From positions 19,033,601-19,097,600 of the forward strand of contig NC_057720.1 in NCBI RefSeq assembly GCF_004010195.1: a stretch of DNA of 64,000 nucleotides, written 5' to 3'. The position numbers and the translations under genes are program-made. Positions 13,086 to 25,529 of the stretch are shown here, one piece after another. Origin of the DNA: Chiloscyllium plagiosum (Eukaryota). Numbering within the stretch: position 1 is the stretch's first letter; each line of letters starts with the position of its first letter. The notes under the pieces are model-generated. The model had not been told where the DNA came from. It ran no database searches and saw only the letters and a program-made list of their open reading frames with translations.

Positions 13086-13751
13086 ATTATCCCTTAATGC
13101 CTCATCACCTCTGACTACTTTTCTCTTCTCTGCCCTTCTTCAATTCTTGCTTTTCACTTAAAGTATGAATAGTTCATTATTTTAATTTTGAAATGTTATG
13201 ATACCAGCCAATAAAACCAATTGACAAGTCAGACCCCAGAATGAAATCTGGCTTGATGGATCATTCGAGATTGATTTTTCTTTAGGTAATTTGGTAGTCA
13301 GTTTCTGAAAAACAATCATACAAGGCTGAAGATTTTGACAGAGCTGATGTTTATTACACAATGTAAATATACTACACCATTTGAAAGACCTTAAAACATG
13401 TAACAAAACAGAGTCTCCTCCATTTTTTAAAAACTGTTCTTTAGAGATTCAAATTCAACAAAATTTGTCACCCTTTATCAATTGTTTAAATTCAACTTAA
13501 TTAATTCTCTCCACTTGTTTCCTATGAACTGTGATGTATTCTTACTTGTCTACTCATAAAACTCAGAACTTTGACTTTCTTAGCTTCTGATATGCTTTGA
13601 TTAGTTCCTCTCAAACTCAAAAACACAGCTTGGAAGTATTCTCTGAGCTTTGGTTTATCAAATTTTTTTCTCTTTTATTCATTTGAGTGGTCCTTTTTCC
13701 CCCTCCTTTCCATATGTCAGTTCAAAAGGACTTAATCCCGTTGACTCATTA

Positions 13752-15792
13752 TAGAGATGTACAGCGCTGAAGCAAACCCTTTGGTCCAACCCGTCCACAC
13801 CGACCAGATGTCCCAACCCAATGTAGTCCCACTTGCCAGCACCCAGCACATATTGCTCCAAACTCTTCCTATTCATATACTTATCCAAATGCCTTTTAAA
13901 TGTTGCAATTGTACTAGCCTCCACCACTTCCTCTGGCAGCTCATTCCATATACGTACCACCCTCTGCGTGAAAGAGTTGCCCCTTAGATCTCTTCTATAT
14001 CTTTTCCCCCCTCACTCTAAACCCAAGCCCTCCAGTTCTGAACTCCTCCACCCCAGGGAAAAGACTTTGTCTATTTATCCTATCCATGCCCCTCATGATT
14101 TTGTAAACCTCTACAAGGTCACCCCTCATCCTCCGAAGCTCCAGGGAAAACAGCCCCAGCCTGTTCAACCTCTCCCTATAGCTCAAATTCTCCAACCCTG
14201 GCAACATCCTTGTAATTCTTTTCTGCACACTTTCAAGTTTCACAACATCTTTCCAATAGGAAGGAGACCAGAATTGCATGCAATATTCCAACAGTGGCCT
14301 AACCAATGTCCTGTGCAGCTGCAAAATGACCTCCCAACTCTTGTACTCAATACTCTGACCGATTAAAGGAAAGCATACCAAACGCCGCCTTCAATCTCCT
14401 ATCTACCTGCGACTCTGCCTTCAAGGAGCTATGAACCTGCACTCCAAGGTCTCTTTGTTCAGCAACACTCCCTAGGACCTTACCATTAAGTGTATAAGGC
14501 CAGCTAAGATTTGCTTTCCCAAAATGCAGAATCTTGCATTTGTCTGAATTAAACTCAATCTGCTACTTCTCAGCCCATTGACCCACCTGATCAAGATCCT
14601 GTTGTAATCTGAGGTAGCCTTCTTCACTGTCAACTACACCTCCAATTTTGATGTCATCTGCAAACTTACTAACTATACTTCTTATGCTCACATCCAAATC
14701 ATTTATATAAATGATGAAAAGTAGAGGACTCAGCATCGATTCTTGTGGCGCTCCAGTCTGCAAAACAACCCTCCACCACCACCCTCTGTCTCCTACCTTC
14801 TGAGCTAGTTCTGTATCCAAATGGCTAGTTCTCCCTGTATTCCGTGAGATCTAGCCTTGCAAACCAGTCTCCTATGTGGAACCTTGTCAAACACCTTGCT
14901 GAAGTCCATATAGATCACATCTACCACTCTGCTTCATGAATCATCCTCTTGATTGAGTTTTTTGAAGAAGTAATAAAGTTTGTGAGATGTGATTTCCCAT
15001 ACACAAAGCCATGTTGATTCTCCATAATCAGTCCTTGCTTTTCCAAATACATGTACATCCTGTCCCTCAGGATTCCCTCCAACAACTTGCCCACCACCGA
15101 TGTCCAGCTCACTGGTCTATAGTTCCCTGGCTTCTCCTTACTGTCCTTCTTAAACAGTGGCACCATGTTAGCCAACCTCCAGTCTTCTAGCACTTCACCT
15201 GTGACTATTGATGATACAAATATCTCAGCAAGAGGCCCAGTAATCACTTCTTTAGCTTCCCACAGAGTCCTAATCAGGTCCTGGGGATTTAGCCACCTTT
15301 ACCCGTTTCAAGACATCGAGCACTTCCTCTGTCCCCTTTTTGCCCTCCTGATTTCCCTCTTAAGTATACTCCTACTTTCTTTATGCTCTTCTAAGGATTC
15401 ACTCAATCTATCCTGTCTATACCTGACATATTTCCTTGTTTTTCTTAACCAAACCCTTCATGTATTTAGTCATCCTGCATTCCCTATACCTACCAGCCAT
15501 TCCTTTCACCCTAACAGGAATATGCTTTCTCTGGATTCTCATTCTCTCATTTCTGAAGGCTTCCCATTTTCCAGCTGCCCGTTTACCTGTGAACATCTGC
15601 CCCGAATCAGCTTTCGAAAGTTCTTGCCTAATACCGTCAAAATTGGCCTTTTTCCAATTTAGAAATTCAACTTTTAGATCACTATTTTAAACCTAACAGA
15701 ATTATGGTTGCTGGTCCCAAAATGCTCCCCCACTGACACCTCAGCCTTATTTCCCAAGAATAGGTCACGTTTTGCACCTTCTCTAGTAGGTA
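13752..15792 (-). mobile_element. CR1 LINE ORF2 (RT) to 3' end, decayed, inserted in the Gypsy integrase
   Basis: Peptides KPGNYRPVSWTSVVGKLLE, SKFADDIKIGG, LVRPLLEYCMQFWSP; CATTA duplicated at 13747-13751 and 15793-15797. Confidence 0.92.
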
Positions 15793-16054
15793 CATTAGAA
15801 GCATCCCTGTTGATAAACAGTAAATGGGCATTCCTTCATCCCAATCAGTAGGGCATTGTTGAAAATAAACTGTAATTATGGCTATTTTTGCAATGTGCCT
15901 TCATAGTGTGAATGATAAGTAGAACATGTGAACGGTTTTATTTCCAAGGTAGTCGTCATCTCGTTGAATATTTTTGACATCTAGACAGATCAAGGTTTTT
16001 TTTCTTTGGATAATCCAATTCTCATTTTTCATGTACAGGTCCCTCAGATAACTG

Positions 16055-16228
16055 GGAGAAAGTGAGGACTGCAGCTGCTGGAGACCAGAGTTGGCGGTGT
16101 GGTGCTGGAAAAGCACAGCAGACCAGGCTGTATCCGAGGAGCAGGAGAATCAACTTATGCCTGAAACTTTGATTCTCCGGTTTCTCTGATGCTGCCTGAC
16201 CTACAGTGCTTTTCCAGCACCACATTTT
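16055..16228. mobile_element. Family A insertion, inverted pair
   Basis: Flanked by CCCTCAGATAACTG (16041-16054) and CCCTTAGATAACCG (16229-16242). Confidence 0.75.
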
Positions 16229-16242
16229 CCCTTAGATAACCG

Positions 16243-16875
16243 AACAGGTATAATTAAAGAATAAGATAAGAGTGCATACATGATACTTGTCTTTATTAGC
16301 TGAGACAGAGTTTAACAGCAGAGGGATTATGCTGGAACTGTGTGGTTTGGTTAGGTCGCAGCTAGAGGATTATGTGCAGTTATGGAATTCATATAGGAGG
16401 AATGTGATCGTGCTGGAGTGAGTGCAGACAATTACCAGAATGTAGTCTCTGGGCTAGAGAGTTTTAATTAGGAAGAGAGATTGGATAGAATGGAGCTGTT
16501 TTTCTTGGAGCAGTGGAGACTGAGTGAGGTCATAATTGAGTTGTATAAAATTGAGGGGCATAGAACGGATGGACAGGAAAAAGCTTTTCTCTGGGATGGG
16601 AGGGGTCAGGTGAGGTAAGCAGGTTTAGAAGGAATGTAAGTAAAACATTTTTTACCCACATAGTAGTGAGAATTTGGAACTCACTGTCGGTAAGGGTGGG
16701 AGAAACAGAAACCCTCAATATTTATTAAATATTTAGATGTGCATTTGGAATGTCAAGACATTCAGTCAAGGTGCCAAGTAAAATGGGATTAGAATAGTTA
16801 GGTGCCTGTTTTTTTGACTGGCACAGACTTGATGGGCTTAAGAATCTTTATCTTTGCTATACATCTCTACAACTA
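16243..16875 (+). mobile_element. Diverged CR1 3' fragment
   Basis: GGTTAGGTCGCAGCTAGAG...TTTTCTTGGAGCAG.GGAGACTGAG...CATCTCTA end. Confidence 0.65.
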
Positions 16876-17050
16876 CAATTTCCATTTTTTTTGCAACAAA
16901 GGTTCCTAAAAATACCGCATGGGGAAATCTTCTCGACACATCCATGATTGTTAAAATATACTGATTTCCCTCAACCCTGGTTTTAAGTAGGGGCCTTACT
17001 CGTGCTATTAAGAACCATGTTAAACAGTTCTTTAAAAGTTTTTGGGATTG

Positions 17051-17123
17051 AAGATGTAGGTTTATTGGTTGGGATTGGCCCAACATTGGGAATAAAGATG
17101 TAGGTTTATTGGTTGGGATTGGC
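17051..17123. repeat. Direct duplication of a 29-bp unit
   Basis: AAGATGTAGGTTTATTGGTTGGGATTGGC at 17051-17079 and 17095-17123. Confidence 0.85.
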
Positions 17124-18300
17124 TATGACATACATAGCATATTTAACAAAATGACACCTTTATATAATCCTGGTGAAAAAACATTTCAGCTTAGCTTGTG
17201 TTTTCCTATTACCGAAGCGACCTGCTATTGAAATTTCAAATTTATAAGTTGAACAACATAACTGACTAAGTAGATTTTGTGCTCTGCACCTTTTTTCCTC
17301 TGGTTTCGTTGTCTTTTCCAATTGCTCACCCGGTTTTTAACCTCTTCATTGTAAAATCCTTCAGCATAAAGAGATTTTTGTCCCATCTGTACATATTTTT
17401 CCTCACTTTATCAAATCACGCAGACATAGAGGGTCTCTCTGTATAAGGAGCAAGTGTACATTATTTGAAGTTGGTGTTTCCTGTGTCCCTTGTCATTGAC
17501 ATGCAGAAAAAGTGTTTTCATTTTCAAAGGTGCTGGAAAAAAATGGTACTTCACCAGAGTTTCAGATGTGTGTAGTCGTCACAACCTTTAGCCTGCCAAA
17601 TGGTCTGTTAAAATGTAGAGAGATATTTTAGCAAATCTTAAGCATTGATTAACAGTCTCCATCTATCCTGCATGTTGTAAATTCTTAACTGCTGATACTT
17701 GTTTACATCATGCACGTATGATTTTCAGCACCAGATCTGGATGTACGTTTTCATATTTATATAACTGCACACATTAAATTTTGTATAGATGTAAAGCTAA
17801 GGCTGAAGAATGTGTCTCTCATGGTTTCAAGATTACCATGTGTCTAACTCCCAGTTGCTATTTTTGCAAGTTTTTTTCAGCAATATCAATATAACTAAAT
17901 TAGGGAGTCTTAATTTGGAAGATGTGAGCAACTTTCTTTGAGGAACCAAAATACTGTGAAAAATCTGAAAAGGATACAAAATACTAGAAATTATTAGTGG
18001 GTCGCTGGAACCACAGACTCCTGTCTGTTGAGTATTTCCAGTGGTTTCTGTTTGGTTGTGCTTCTGGGAGGAACATAAAGGCCATGAAATGGATATTCTT
18101 CTGTCAATTCTTGTTGCTATCTTTTAATCTTCTATCTTGTACAAAAAAGTTAATCTTATAAAAAAAAGTTTTTATTTTTTATTTTTATTTTGTTCAAGTG
18201 ACAAGACCCCAATTTTTCCAGTCTTTACCTTCATATCCTTAGCCCTTTCTTGTGTAACAATGATCTGCACTTGCCTATGAAGGGCAGTATATCAAAATCT

Positions 18301-18469
18301 AGGAGAAAATGAGGCTTTCTCCCAGCATCACCTCCACTTTCCTAATTATCTCTCAGCCCCCTTCCCCCTCCACCTTCCTGATGAAGGACATATGCCCGAA
18401 ACATTAACTCTCCTACTCCTCTGATGCTGCTTGACCTGCTGTGCTTTTTTCAGTCCCACGCTTTTCTAC
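18301..18469 (+). mobile_element. Family A insertion with 13-bp TSD
   Basis: TATATCAAAATCT at 18288-18300 and 18470-18482; CTGATGA at 18378, GCCCGAAAC downstream; short inverted tail piece at the left end. Confidence 0.8.
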
Positions 18470-18689
18470 TATATCAAAATCTTAAATAAAGACCAAATGG
18501 GAGAGCATGATACAATTGTAAAATAGATCTGTTAGGTTGAGCAGAATGATGTTGATATTTTTAGGAGCACTGCACTTGTGCTATATAAAAGTGAACATAG
18601 CAATACTTGAGTTACTGTACAGAGCTAAGCAAATAGTTATAATAACAGGTATACCCTGTCCCTTATCCCTTTTGTCTGTCTGTTTATTT

Positions 18690-19950
18690 TTGAATGATGT
18701 AATTTCTAGGAGCTTTTGTTCAAGACTCAGGAATGTCATGAAGCACCTGTATCCTTCTAGGGGAGGGGTTCAGCCTGATGTTTGGTCTGCACTGAGATTG
18801 ATGACATGGGTGCGAAGAGAAATGAGGTCCTGAAAGTAGACTTCAGTGAGTTAGGAAGGGAATTAAAAAGAAACACCTCAAGCTGTAATCATAGATTTCT
18901 GAGGCATTTGGACCAATTTTTTTGGAGTAGCTAAGAAATGTACAAGTTAGGTAAGTTTGTATCTTAACAAGACTGGGGACTGACCTCTTTTTGTGGGAAT
19001 TGCTTTTGGGATTTTTTAAAACTAGCTTGTCAGGGGAATGATAACCTGAGTGTAACTCAAATCGGAGGGGAATTAAACTGGAAATAGGAAGTAGAAAAGC
19101 TGCTAGGGAGAATAGAAAACAAGAGCAATGATGCTGAGCCTTGAATGTGGAACAATGTCAAAAAGACAAATGTATGCATCATTTGTAACAGGATAACTAA
19201 TTGAAAGGCACATAGCGGTAAATGGTTCTGATATAATTTTCATTACAGAAACATGACTGTGAAGTGACCAGGACTGGGAACTGAATATTGGAGTTGTTCA
19301 ATGGTTGAGGAAAGACAGATGAGAAGGAAAACAAGGTGGAGTTGTGCTGACAATTCGAGTTGGGATTAGTGCATTATTAGATTAGATTAGATTAGATTAC
19401 TTTACAGTGTGGAAACAGGCCCTTCGGCCCAACAAGTCCACACCGACCCGCCGAAGCGCAAACCACCCATACCCTTACCTAACACTACGGACAATTTAAC
19501 ATGGCCAATTCACCTGACCTGCACATCTTTGGACTGTGGGAGGAAACCGGAGCACCCGGAGGAAACCCACGCAGACACGGGGAGAACGTGCAAACTCCAC
19601 ACAGACAGTCGCCTGAGGCGGGAATTGAACCCGGATCTCTGTTGCTGTGAGGCAGCAGTGCTAACCACTGTGCCACCGTGCAAGGGAAGTTCTGCATCTG
19701 GAAGAACAATACTTGGAATCTATTAGAATTAAGAAACCACAATGGGCAGTAGACATTAATTGGAGTTGTTTATCGACCACCAAATAGTAGTGGTAGTGTA
19801 GGGCATGATATTAATCAGGAGATGAGATGTTTGTAGCTTGTGTAACTCTAATATCATGGATAATTTCAATCTGCATATAGACTGAGCATTAAAGCTATGG
19901 AGAACCAGTTTCTGAAGTGTACTGGGGATGGTTTACTAGAGCACCGTTTT
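18690..19950 (+). mobile_element. Old CR1 ORF1-end/APE endonuclease remnant
   Basis: Degenerate CATTACAGAAACATGACTG (ITETWL), GGAGTTGTTTATCGACCACCAAAT (GVVYRPPN), ATGGATAATTTCAAT (MGDFN-like). Confidence 0.6.
19376..19680 (-). mobile_element. HE1-type SINE, near full length
   Basis: Reverse complement of 2833-3148 with (ATTAG)n tail. Confidence 0.92.
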
Positions 19951-19951
19951 G

Positions 19952-21084
19952 AAGTGTTATCAAAGGAGGACCAAGAAACTGATGTGGATGTGCCAGTGTT
20001 GGACTGGGATGGAAAAGGTCCAGAAGTCACATGACACCAGCTTATAGTCCAACAAGTTTAGTTGAAATCACAAGCTTTGGGACTGCTGCCCCTTTCTTCG
20101 CATGAAGTGATCTGACCAAGGGGTAGACATGAAAATGGGCTGTGAAAAACTTTAGATAAATGTAAAAACGATGTGTTTGACAAAGATGAATATGGGTCCA
20201 TTAAGTGGGACAAAGAACAAAGAAAATTTACAGCCCAGGGACAGGCCCTTTGGCCTCCATGCCTGAGCCGATCCAAACCCACTGTCTTAACCTGTTCCCC
20301 AGTTCCTAAGCATCTGTATCCCTCTGCTCCCCACCTATTCATGCATCTGTCCAGACACATCATAAATGAATCTAACCATGCCTGCCTGTACTACCTCTGC
20401 TGGCAACGTGTTCTTGGCACCTACCACCCTCTGTGTAAAGTACTTGCCACGTGTATCCCCCTTAAACTTTTCACATCTCACCTTGAGCACTCTATCCACC
20501 CTGTCTATACACTTCATGATTTTGTAGACCTCAATTAGGTCACCCCTGCCCATCTCGTTTTTTCTAATGAAAACAATCCTAACCTACTCAACCCTCTTCA
20601 TAGCTAGCACCTTCCATACCAGGCAACATCCTCGTAAACCTTCTCTGCACCCTCTCCAAAGCATCCACATCCTTTTGGTAATGTGGCGACCAGAACTGTA
20701 CATTGTATTCTATACGCGGCCGAACCAATGTCTTATACAGTTTTAACATGACCTGCCAGCTCTTATACTCAATACCCCATCCAATGAAGGCAAGCATACC
20801 ATATGCCGCCTTGACCACTCTATCCACCTGTGCAGCCACCTTCAGGGTACAATGGACCTGAACTCTCAGATCTCTCTGCTCATCAACTTTTCTAAAGGCT
20901 CTTTGTTTACTGTATAATTCACTTTAGAATTAGACTTCCCAAAATGCATCACCTCACATTTGCCTAGATTGAACTCCATCTGCCCCTTCTCTGCCCAACT
21001 CTCCAGTCTGTCTATATTCTCCTGTATTCTTTGACAGTCCCCTCTGCTTTCTGCTACTCCACCAATCTTCATGTCATCTGCAAA
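19952..21084. repeat. Left arm of a ~1.1-1.3 kb inverted duplication (partner 23951-25251)
   Basis: Same composite (unique spacer + family C piece + CR1) in reverse complement; ORF 20866-21072 identical to part of ORF 23714-24193. Confidence 0.9.
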
Positions 21085-21131
21085 NNNNNNNNNNNNNNNN
21101 NNNNNNNNNNNNNNNNNNNNNNNNNNNNNNN
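21085..21131. other. Assembly gap
   Basis: Run of N. Confidence 1.
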
Positions 21132-21280
21132 ATGCAGGTTAGGTGAATTGGCCATGCTAAATTGTCCGTAGTGTTAGGTGTAGGGGAATGGGTCTGGGTG
21201 GGTTGCGCTTCGGCGGGTCGGTGTGGACTTGTTGGGCCGAAGGGCCTGTTTCCACACTGTAAGTAATCTAATCTAATCTA
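21132..21280 (+). mobile_element. HE1-type SINE 3' half
   Basis: GGTGAATTGGCCATGCTAAATTG...(TAATC)n. Confidence 0.88.
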
Positions 21281-22222
21281 CTACTCTGTCAGTCTCCTGT
21301 TGCTCAACCAGTTCTTTATCCACCTAGCTAGAACACCCTACACACCATGCGACTTCACTTTCTCCATTAGTCTACCACGGGGAACCTTATCAAACGCCTT
21401 TAAAAGTCCATGTATATTACATCTACAGCCCTTCATCTATCAACTTGGTCACTTCCTCAAAAGAACTCTAAGGTGGTACGGCACGATCTCCTCCACACAC
21501 AATCATATTGCCAGTTCTTTCCAAATATAAATAGATTTTATCCCTCAGTACCTTCTCCAGCAATTTTCCCACCACTGACATCAGGCTCACTGGTCTGTAG
21601 TTAACCAGAATATCCCTACTACCCCTCTTGTGCAGGAGGACAACATGGAGTCAGGGGAATTTATGATGGACGAATAAAGAATGGCAGAAAAGCTATCTGA
21701 TTTACTTTGTGTGGTCCATGTGTGGCAGTGACTTCTGGGAACTGCAAGTCAATGTTGTGAATTGCATCAACACGCTGATTGCCATTCACATGCTTTTAAA
21801 GTGGCTATATAAGTTATGCAGCTTAAAGGGGACCTTAAATGTGTTGAAAGAAACTTGTGTTCATAAGAAGGTTGTACTGGAAAAATGAATGGAGCTGAAA
21901 TTTGGAAAGTCTCCAGGCCATGATTATCTATACCCCAGAGTGTGAAGGAATGGCTTAGAGACATTTAGTACATCGGTAATCATCTTTAAAAACTTAAGAA
22001 ATGAACAAGAGGACAAAAAAAAGTTGTACAGACCTGTTAGCTTTGCAATATTGGTAGGAAAATACTGAAATCTAAGAAAAATATGTGGTAATGCATTGCC
22101 AGCATGGATTTGTTGGAGTCTTTTGCGGATGTTATGAACAAAATTGTTCAAGGAGAATTGATTGATGTCGTTCATTTAGATTTTTGTAGGGCTTTGATAA
22201 GATCCTCTACTAAAATTAATTT

Positions 22223-22520
22223 GTGCCTCACAGCACCAGGGACCGGGGTTTGATTCCTGCCTTGGACAACTGTCTGTGTGAAGTTTGCACATTCTCCCTG
22301 CGTCTGCGTGGTTACCTCTGGGTGTCCCAGTTTTCTCCCACAGTCCAAAGACGTGCAGGTTTAGGTGCATTGGCCAAGCTAAAATTGCCCACAGTGTTCA
22401 GGGATGTGTAGATTAGGTGCAATAGTCAGGGGAAATGTTAGAGTAAAGGGGCATGGGAATGGGTCGGCATGGACTTGTTGGACCAAATGGCCTGTTTCCA
22501 CACTGTAGGGATTCAATGAT
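22223..22520 (+). mobile_element. HE1-type SINE, 5'-clipped
   Basis: TGCCTCACAGCACCAGGGACC...CCTGTTTCCACACTGTAGGGATTC. Confidence 0.85.
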
Positions 22521-22709
22521 TATCTGCATATTAGTGAATAAGACATTTGGTCCCCACCTCCAAATCATTGATGTACATTGTGATTAGCTGGTGGTCAAGT
22601 ACTGATCCTTGCAGTACCCCACGAATCGCAGTCTGCCAATGACCCATTTATTCCTTTTATTAGCCAATTCTTAAACTATGCCAGTATATTAAATTACATG
22701 GTATAAGAG

Positions 22710-22805
22710 TTGAAAAATGTGGGGCTGGAAAAGCATAGCAAGTCAGGCAGCATCCAAGGAGCAGGAGAATCAACATTTCAGACAAAAGCCCTTCAATCAG
22801 GAAAC
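22710..22805 (-). mobile_element. Family A insertion with 11-bp TSD
   Basis: TGGTATAAGAG at 22699-22709 and 22806-22816; degenerate hammerhead at about 22768-22802. Confidence 0.75.
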
Positions 22806-22819
22806 TGGTATAAGAGGCA

Positions 22820-23668
22820 ATCATCGAATCTACGACTCTGCCCTCATCAATCCTCTTTGCTACTTCCTCAAAAAACTCAATCATGTTTGAGAGACACTAT
22901 TTCCCACGCACAATGCCATGTTGACTATCCCTAATCAGTCCTTGCCTTTCCAAATACATATACATCCCTGTCCCGCAGGATTCCCTCCAACAACTTGCCC
23001 ACCACCGATGTCAGGCTCACTGGTCTATAGTTCACTGGCTTGACCTTTACCACCCTTCTTAAACAGTGACACCACATTAGCCAACCTCCAGTCTTCTAGC
23101 ACTTCACCTGTGACTATCGATGAGACAAATATCTCAGCAAGAGGCCCAGTAATCACTTCTTTAGCTTCCCACAGAGTCCTAATCAGGTCCTGGGGATTTA
23201 GCCACCTTTACCCGTTTCAAGACATCGAGCACTTCTATCTTCCATGTCCTTTTCCACAGTAAATACTGATGCAAAATACTCATTTAGTATCTCCCTCATT
23301 TTCTGTGGCTCCTCACAAAGGTCGCCTTGCTGATCTTTGACTGTGGCTCCTCACAAAGGTCGCCTTGCTGATCTTTGAGGGGCCTAGTTACCCTTGTTAC
23401 TCTCCTAGTTACCCTTTTGTCCTTAATGTATTTGTAAAAACTCTTTGGATTTTCCTTAATTCTATTTGCCAAAGCTGTCTCATGTCCCCTTTTTGCCCTC
23501 CTGATTTCTCTCTTAAGTATACTCCTATTGCCTTTATACTCTTCGAAGGATTCACTCGATCTATCCTGTCTATATCTTACATCTGCTTCCTTCTTTTTCT
23601 TAACCAAACCCTCAATTTCATTAGTCATCCAGCATTCCCTATACCTACCAGCCATTCCTTTCACCTAA
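22820..23668 (-). mobile_element. CR1 ORF2 fragment (linker to RT start)
   Basis: Peptide WMTNEIEGLVKKKKEA...IKENPKSFYKYIKDKRV; 38-bp tandem duplication at 23303-23378. Confidence 0.88.
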
Positions 23669-23670
23669 CA

Positions 23671-23816
23671 GGAACCGGAGCACCCGGAGGAAACCCACGC
23701 AGACACGGGGAGAATGTGCAAACTCCACACAGTCAGTCGCCTGAGTCGGGAATTGAACCCGGGTCTCTGGCGCTGTGAGGCAGCAGTGCTAACCACTGTG
23801 CCACCGTGCCGCCCAC
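23671..23816 (-). mobile_element. HE1-type SINE 5' half
   Basis: Reverse complement of GGGCGGCACGGTGG...GGTGCTCCGGTTCC. Confidence 0.88.
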
Positions 23817-23817
23817 A

Positions 23818-24870
23818 AGTAGTTGAAAGGAGTTTCTCGAAATGGAGAAAGGTGACCAGTGGTGTTCCACAGGGATCAGTGCTGGTGCCAATGTTGTTTG
23901 TGATATACATAAATGATCTGGAAGAGGACACTGTTGGTATGATCAGCACATTTGCAGATGACATGAAGATTGGTGGAGTAGCAGAAAGCAGAGGGGACTG
24001 TCAAAGAATACAGGAGAATATAGACAGACTGGAGAGTTGGGCAGAGAAGGGGCAGATGGAGTTCAATCTAGGCAAATGTGAGGTGATGCATTTTGGGAAG
24101 TCTAATTCTAAAGTGAATTATACAGTAAACAAAGAGCCTTTAGAAAAGTTGATGAGCAGAGAGATCTGGGAGTTCAGGTCCATTGTCCCCTGAAGGTTGC
24201 TGCACAGGTGGATGGAGTGGTCAAGGTGGCATATGGTATGCTTGCCTTAATTAGACGGGGTATTGAGTATAAGAGCTGGCAGGTCATGTTAAAACTGTAC
24301 AAGACATTGGTTCAGCCGCATTTAGAATACTGTGTGCAGTTCTGGTCGCTACATTACCAAAAGGATGTGGATGCTTTGGAGAGGGTGCAGAGAAGGTTTG
24401 CGAGGATGTTGCCTGGTATGGAAGGTGCTAGCTATGAAGAGAGGTTGAGTAGGTTAGGATTGTTTTCATTAGAACAAAGGAGTTGGTGGGGGAACTGATT
24501 GATGTCTACAAAATCATGAAGTGTATAGACAGGGTAGATAGAGATAGGCTTTTTCCCCCCCAGAGTGAAGGATTCAATAACTAGAGGTCACATGCTCAAG
24601 GTGAGATGTGAAAGGTTTAAGGGGATACACGTGGCAAGTACTTTACACAGAGGGTGGTAGGTGCCAAGAACACGTTGCCAGCAGAGGTAGTACAGGCAGG
24701 CATGGTTAGATTCATTTATGATGTGTCTGGACAGATGCATGAATAGGTGGGGAGCAGAGGGATACAGATGCTTAGGAACTGGGGAATAGGTTAAGACAGT
24801 GGGTTTGGATCGGCTCAGGCTTGGAGGCCAAAGGGCCTGTTCCTGGGTTGTAAATTTTCTTTGTTCTTTG
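23818..24870 (+). mobile_element. CR1 LINE (second subfamily) RT-3' end
   Basis: [23 protein letters not shown]...STFADDMKIGG. Confidence 0.92.
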
Positions 24871-25014
24871 TCCCACTTAATGGACCCATATTCATCTGTG
24901 TCAAACATATCCTTTTTACATTTATCTAAAGTTTTTCACAGCCCATTTTCATGTATTTTGTTTACTAGATTGCATTTGCATTTTATTTTTACTTTACTCA
25001 TCAGTTTTTTGGTC

Positions 25015-25220
25015 AGAAGTCACACAACACCAGGTTATAGGCCAACAAGTGTATTTGAAATCACAAGCTTTCGAAGTCTGCCCCTTGGTCAGATCACTTC
25101 ATGCGAAGAAGGGGCAGCAGTCCGAAAGCTTGTGATTTCAACTAAACTTGTTGGACTATAAGCTGGTGTCATGTGACTTCTGGACCTTTTCCATCCCAGT
25201 CCAACACTGGCACATCCACA
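25015..25220. mobile_element. Penelope family C terminal repeat, inverted pair with degenerate hammerheads
   Basis: AGAAGTCACACAACACCAGGTTATAG... mirrored by ...CTATAAGCTGGTGTCATGTGACTTCT; GAAGA-A-GGGGC-AGC-AGTCC-GAAAGCTT-GTG. Confidence 0.65.
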
Positions 25221-25529
25221 TCAGTTTCTTGGTCCTCCTTTGATAACACTTTAAAAAAAAAAATTCACACAGATTTACCACTATATCTGGCCACTTTATT
25301 AAAAAGAAATTCTTATCTTATACGACCCTTAACTTCCTTTGTCAGCCATGGCTGACTGACTCTTTTTCAATTTCTACATTTTGAAGGTATGTATAGTTGC
25401 TGTAAGTCATGTAATAATTCTTTAAAGACTGCCCACGTACAGTCATGTCTTTTAATGTATTTTCCCAATACAGCACTGCCAACATGTGCCTCACTTTCAT
25501 AATTTTCCCCTTGAACATTCTTGCTTCAG

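Larger units (their letters stand above)
13180..17300 (-). mobile_element. Highly decayed Gypsy-type LTR retrotransposon integrase region, split by later insertions
   Basis: VRPLLKTRVEGNQYILTIMDVSRRFPHAV (16.9-17.0 kb); DWDEG..LLF.NRDASN (15.8 kb) rejoins ESTGLSPFELTYGKE..GPLK (13.7 kb) across the CR1. Confidence 0.65.
20212..21645 (-). mobile_element. CR1 LINE (second subfamily) RT-3' end, containing a gap and a SINE
   Basis: Peptides VMLKLYKTLVRPRIEYNVQFWSP and MKIGGVAESRGDCQRIQENIDRL. Confidence 0.88.

Noticed and set aside
13833..14366. 177-aa plus-strand ORF and similar ORFs (15165, 23365, 38235)
   Set aside because: Antisense frames of CR1 copies.
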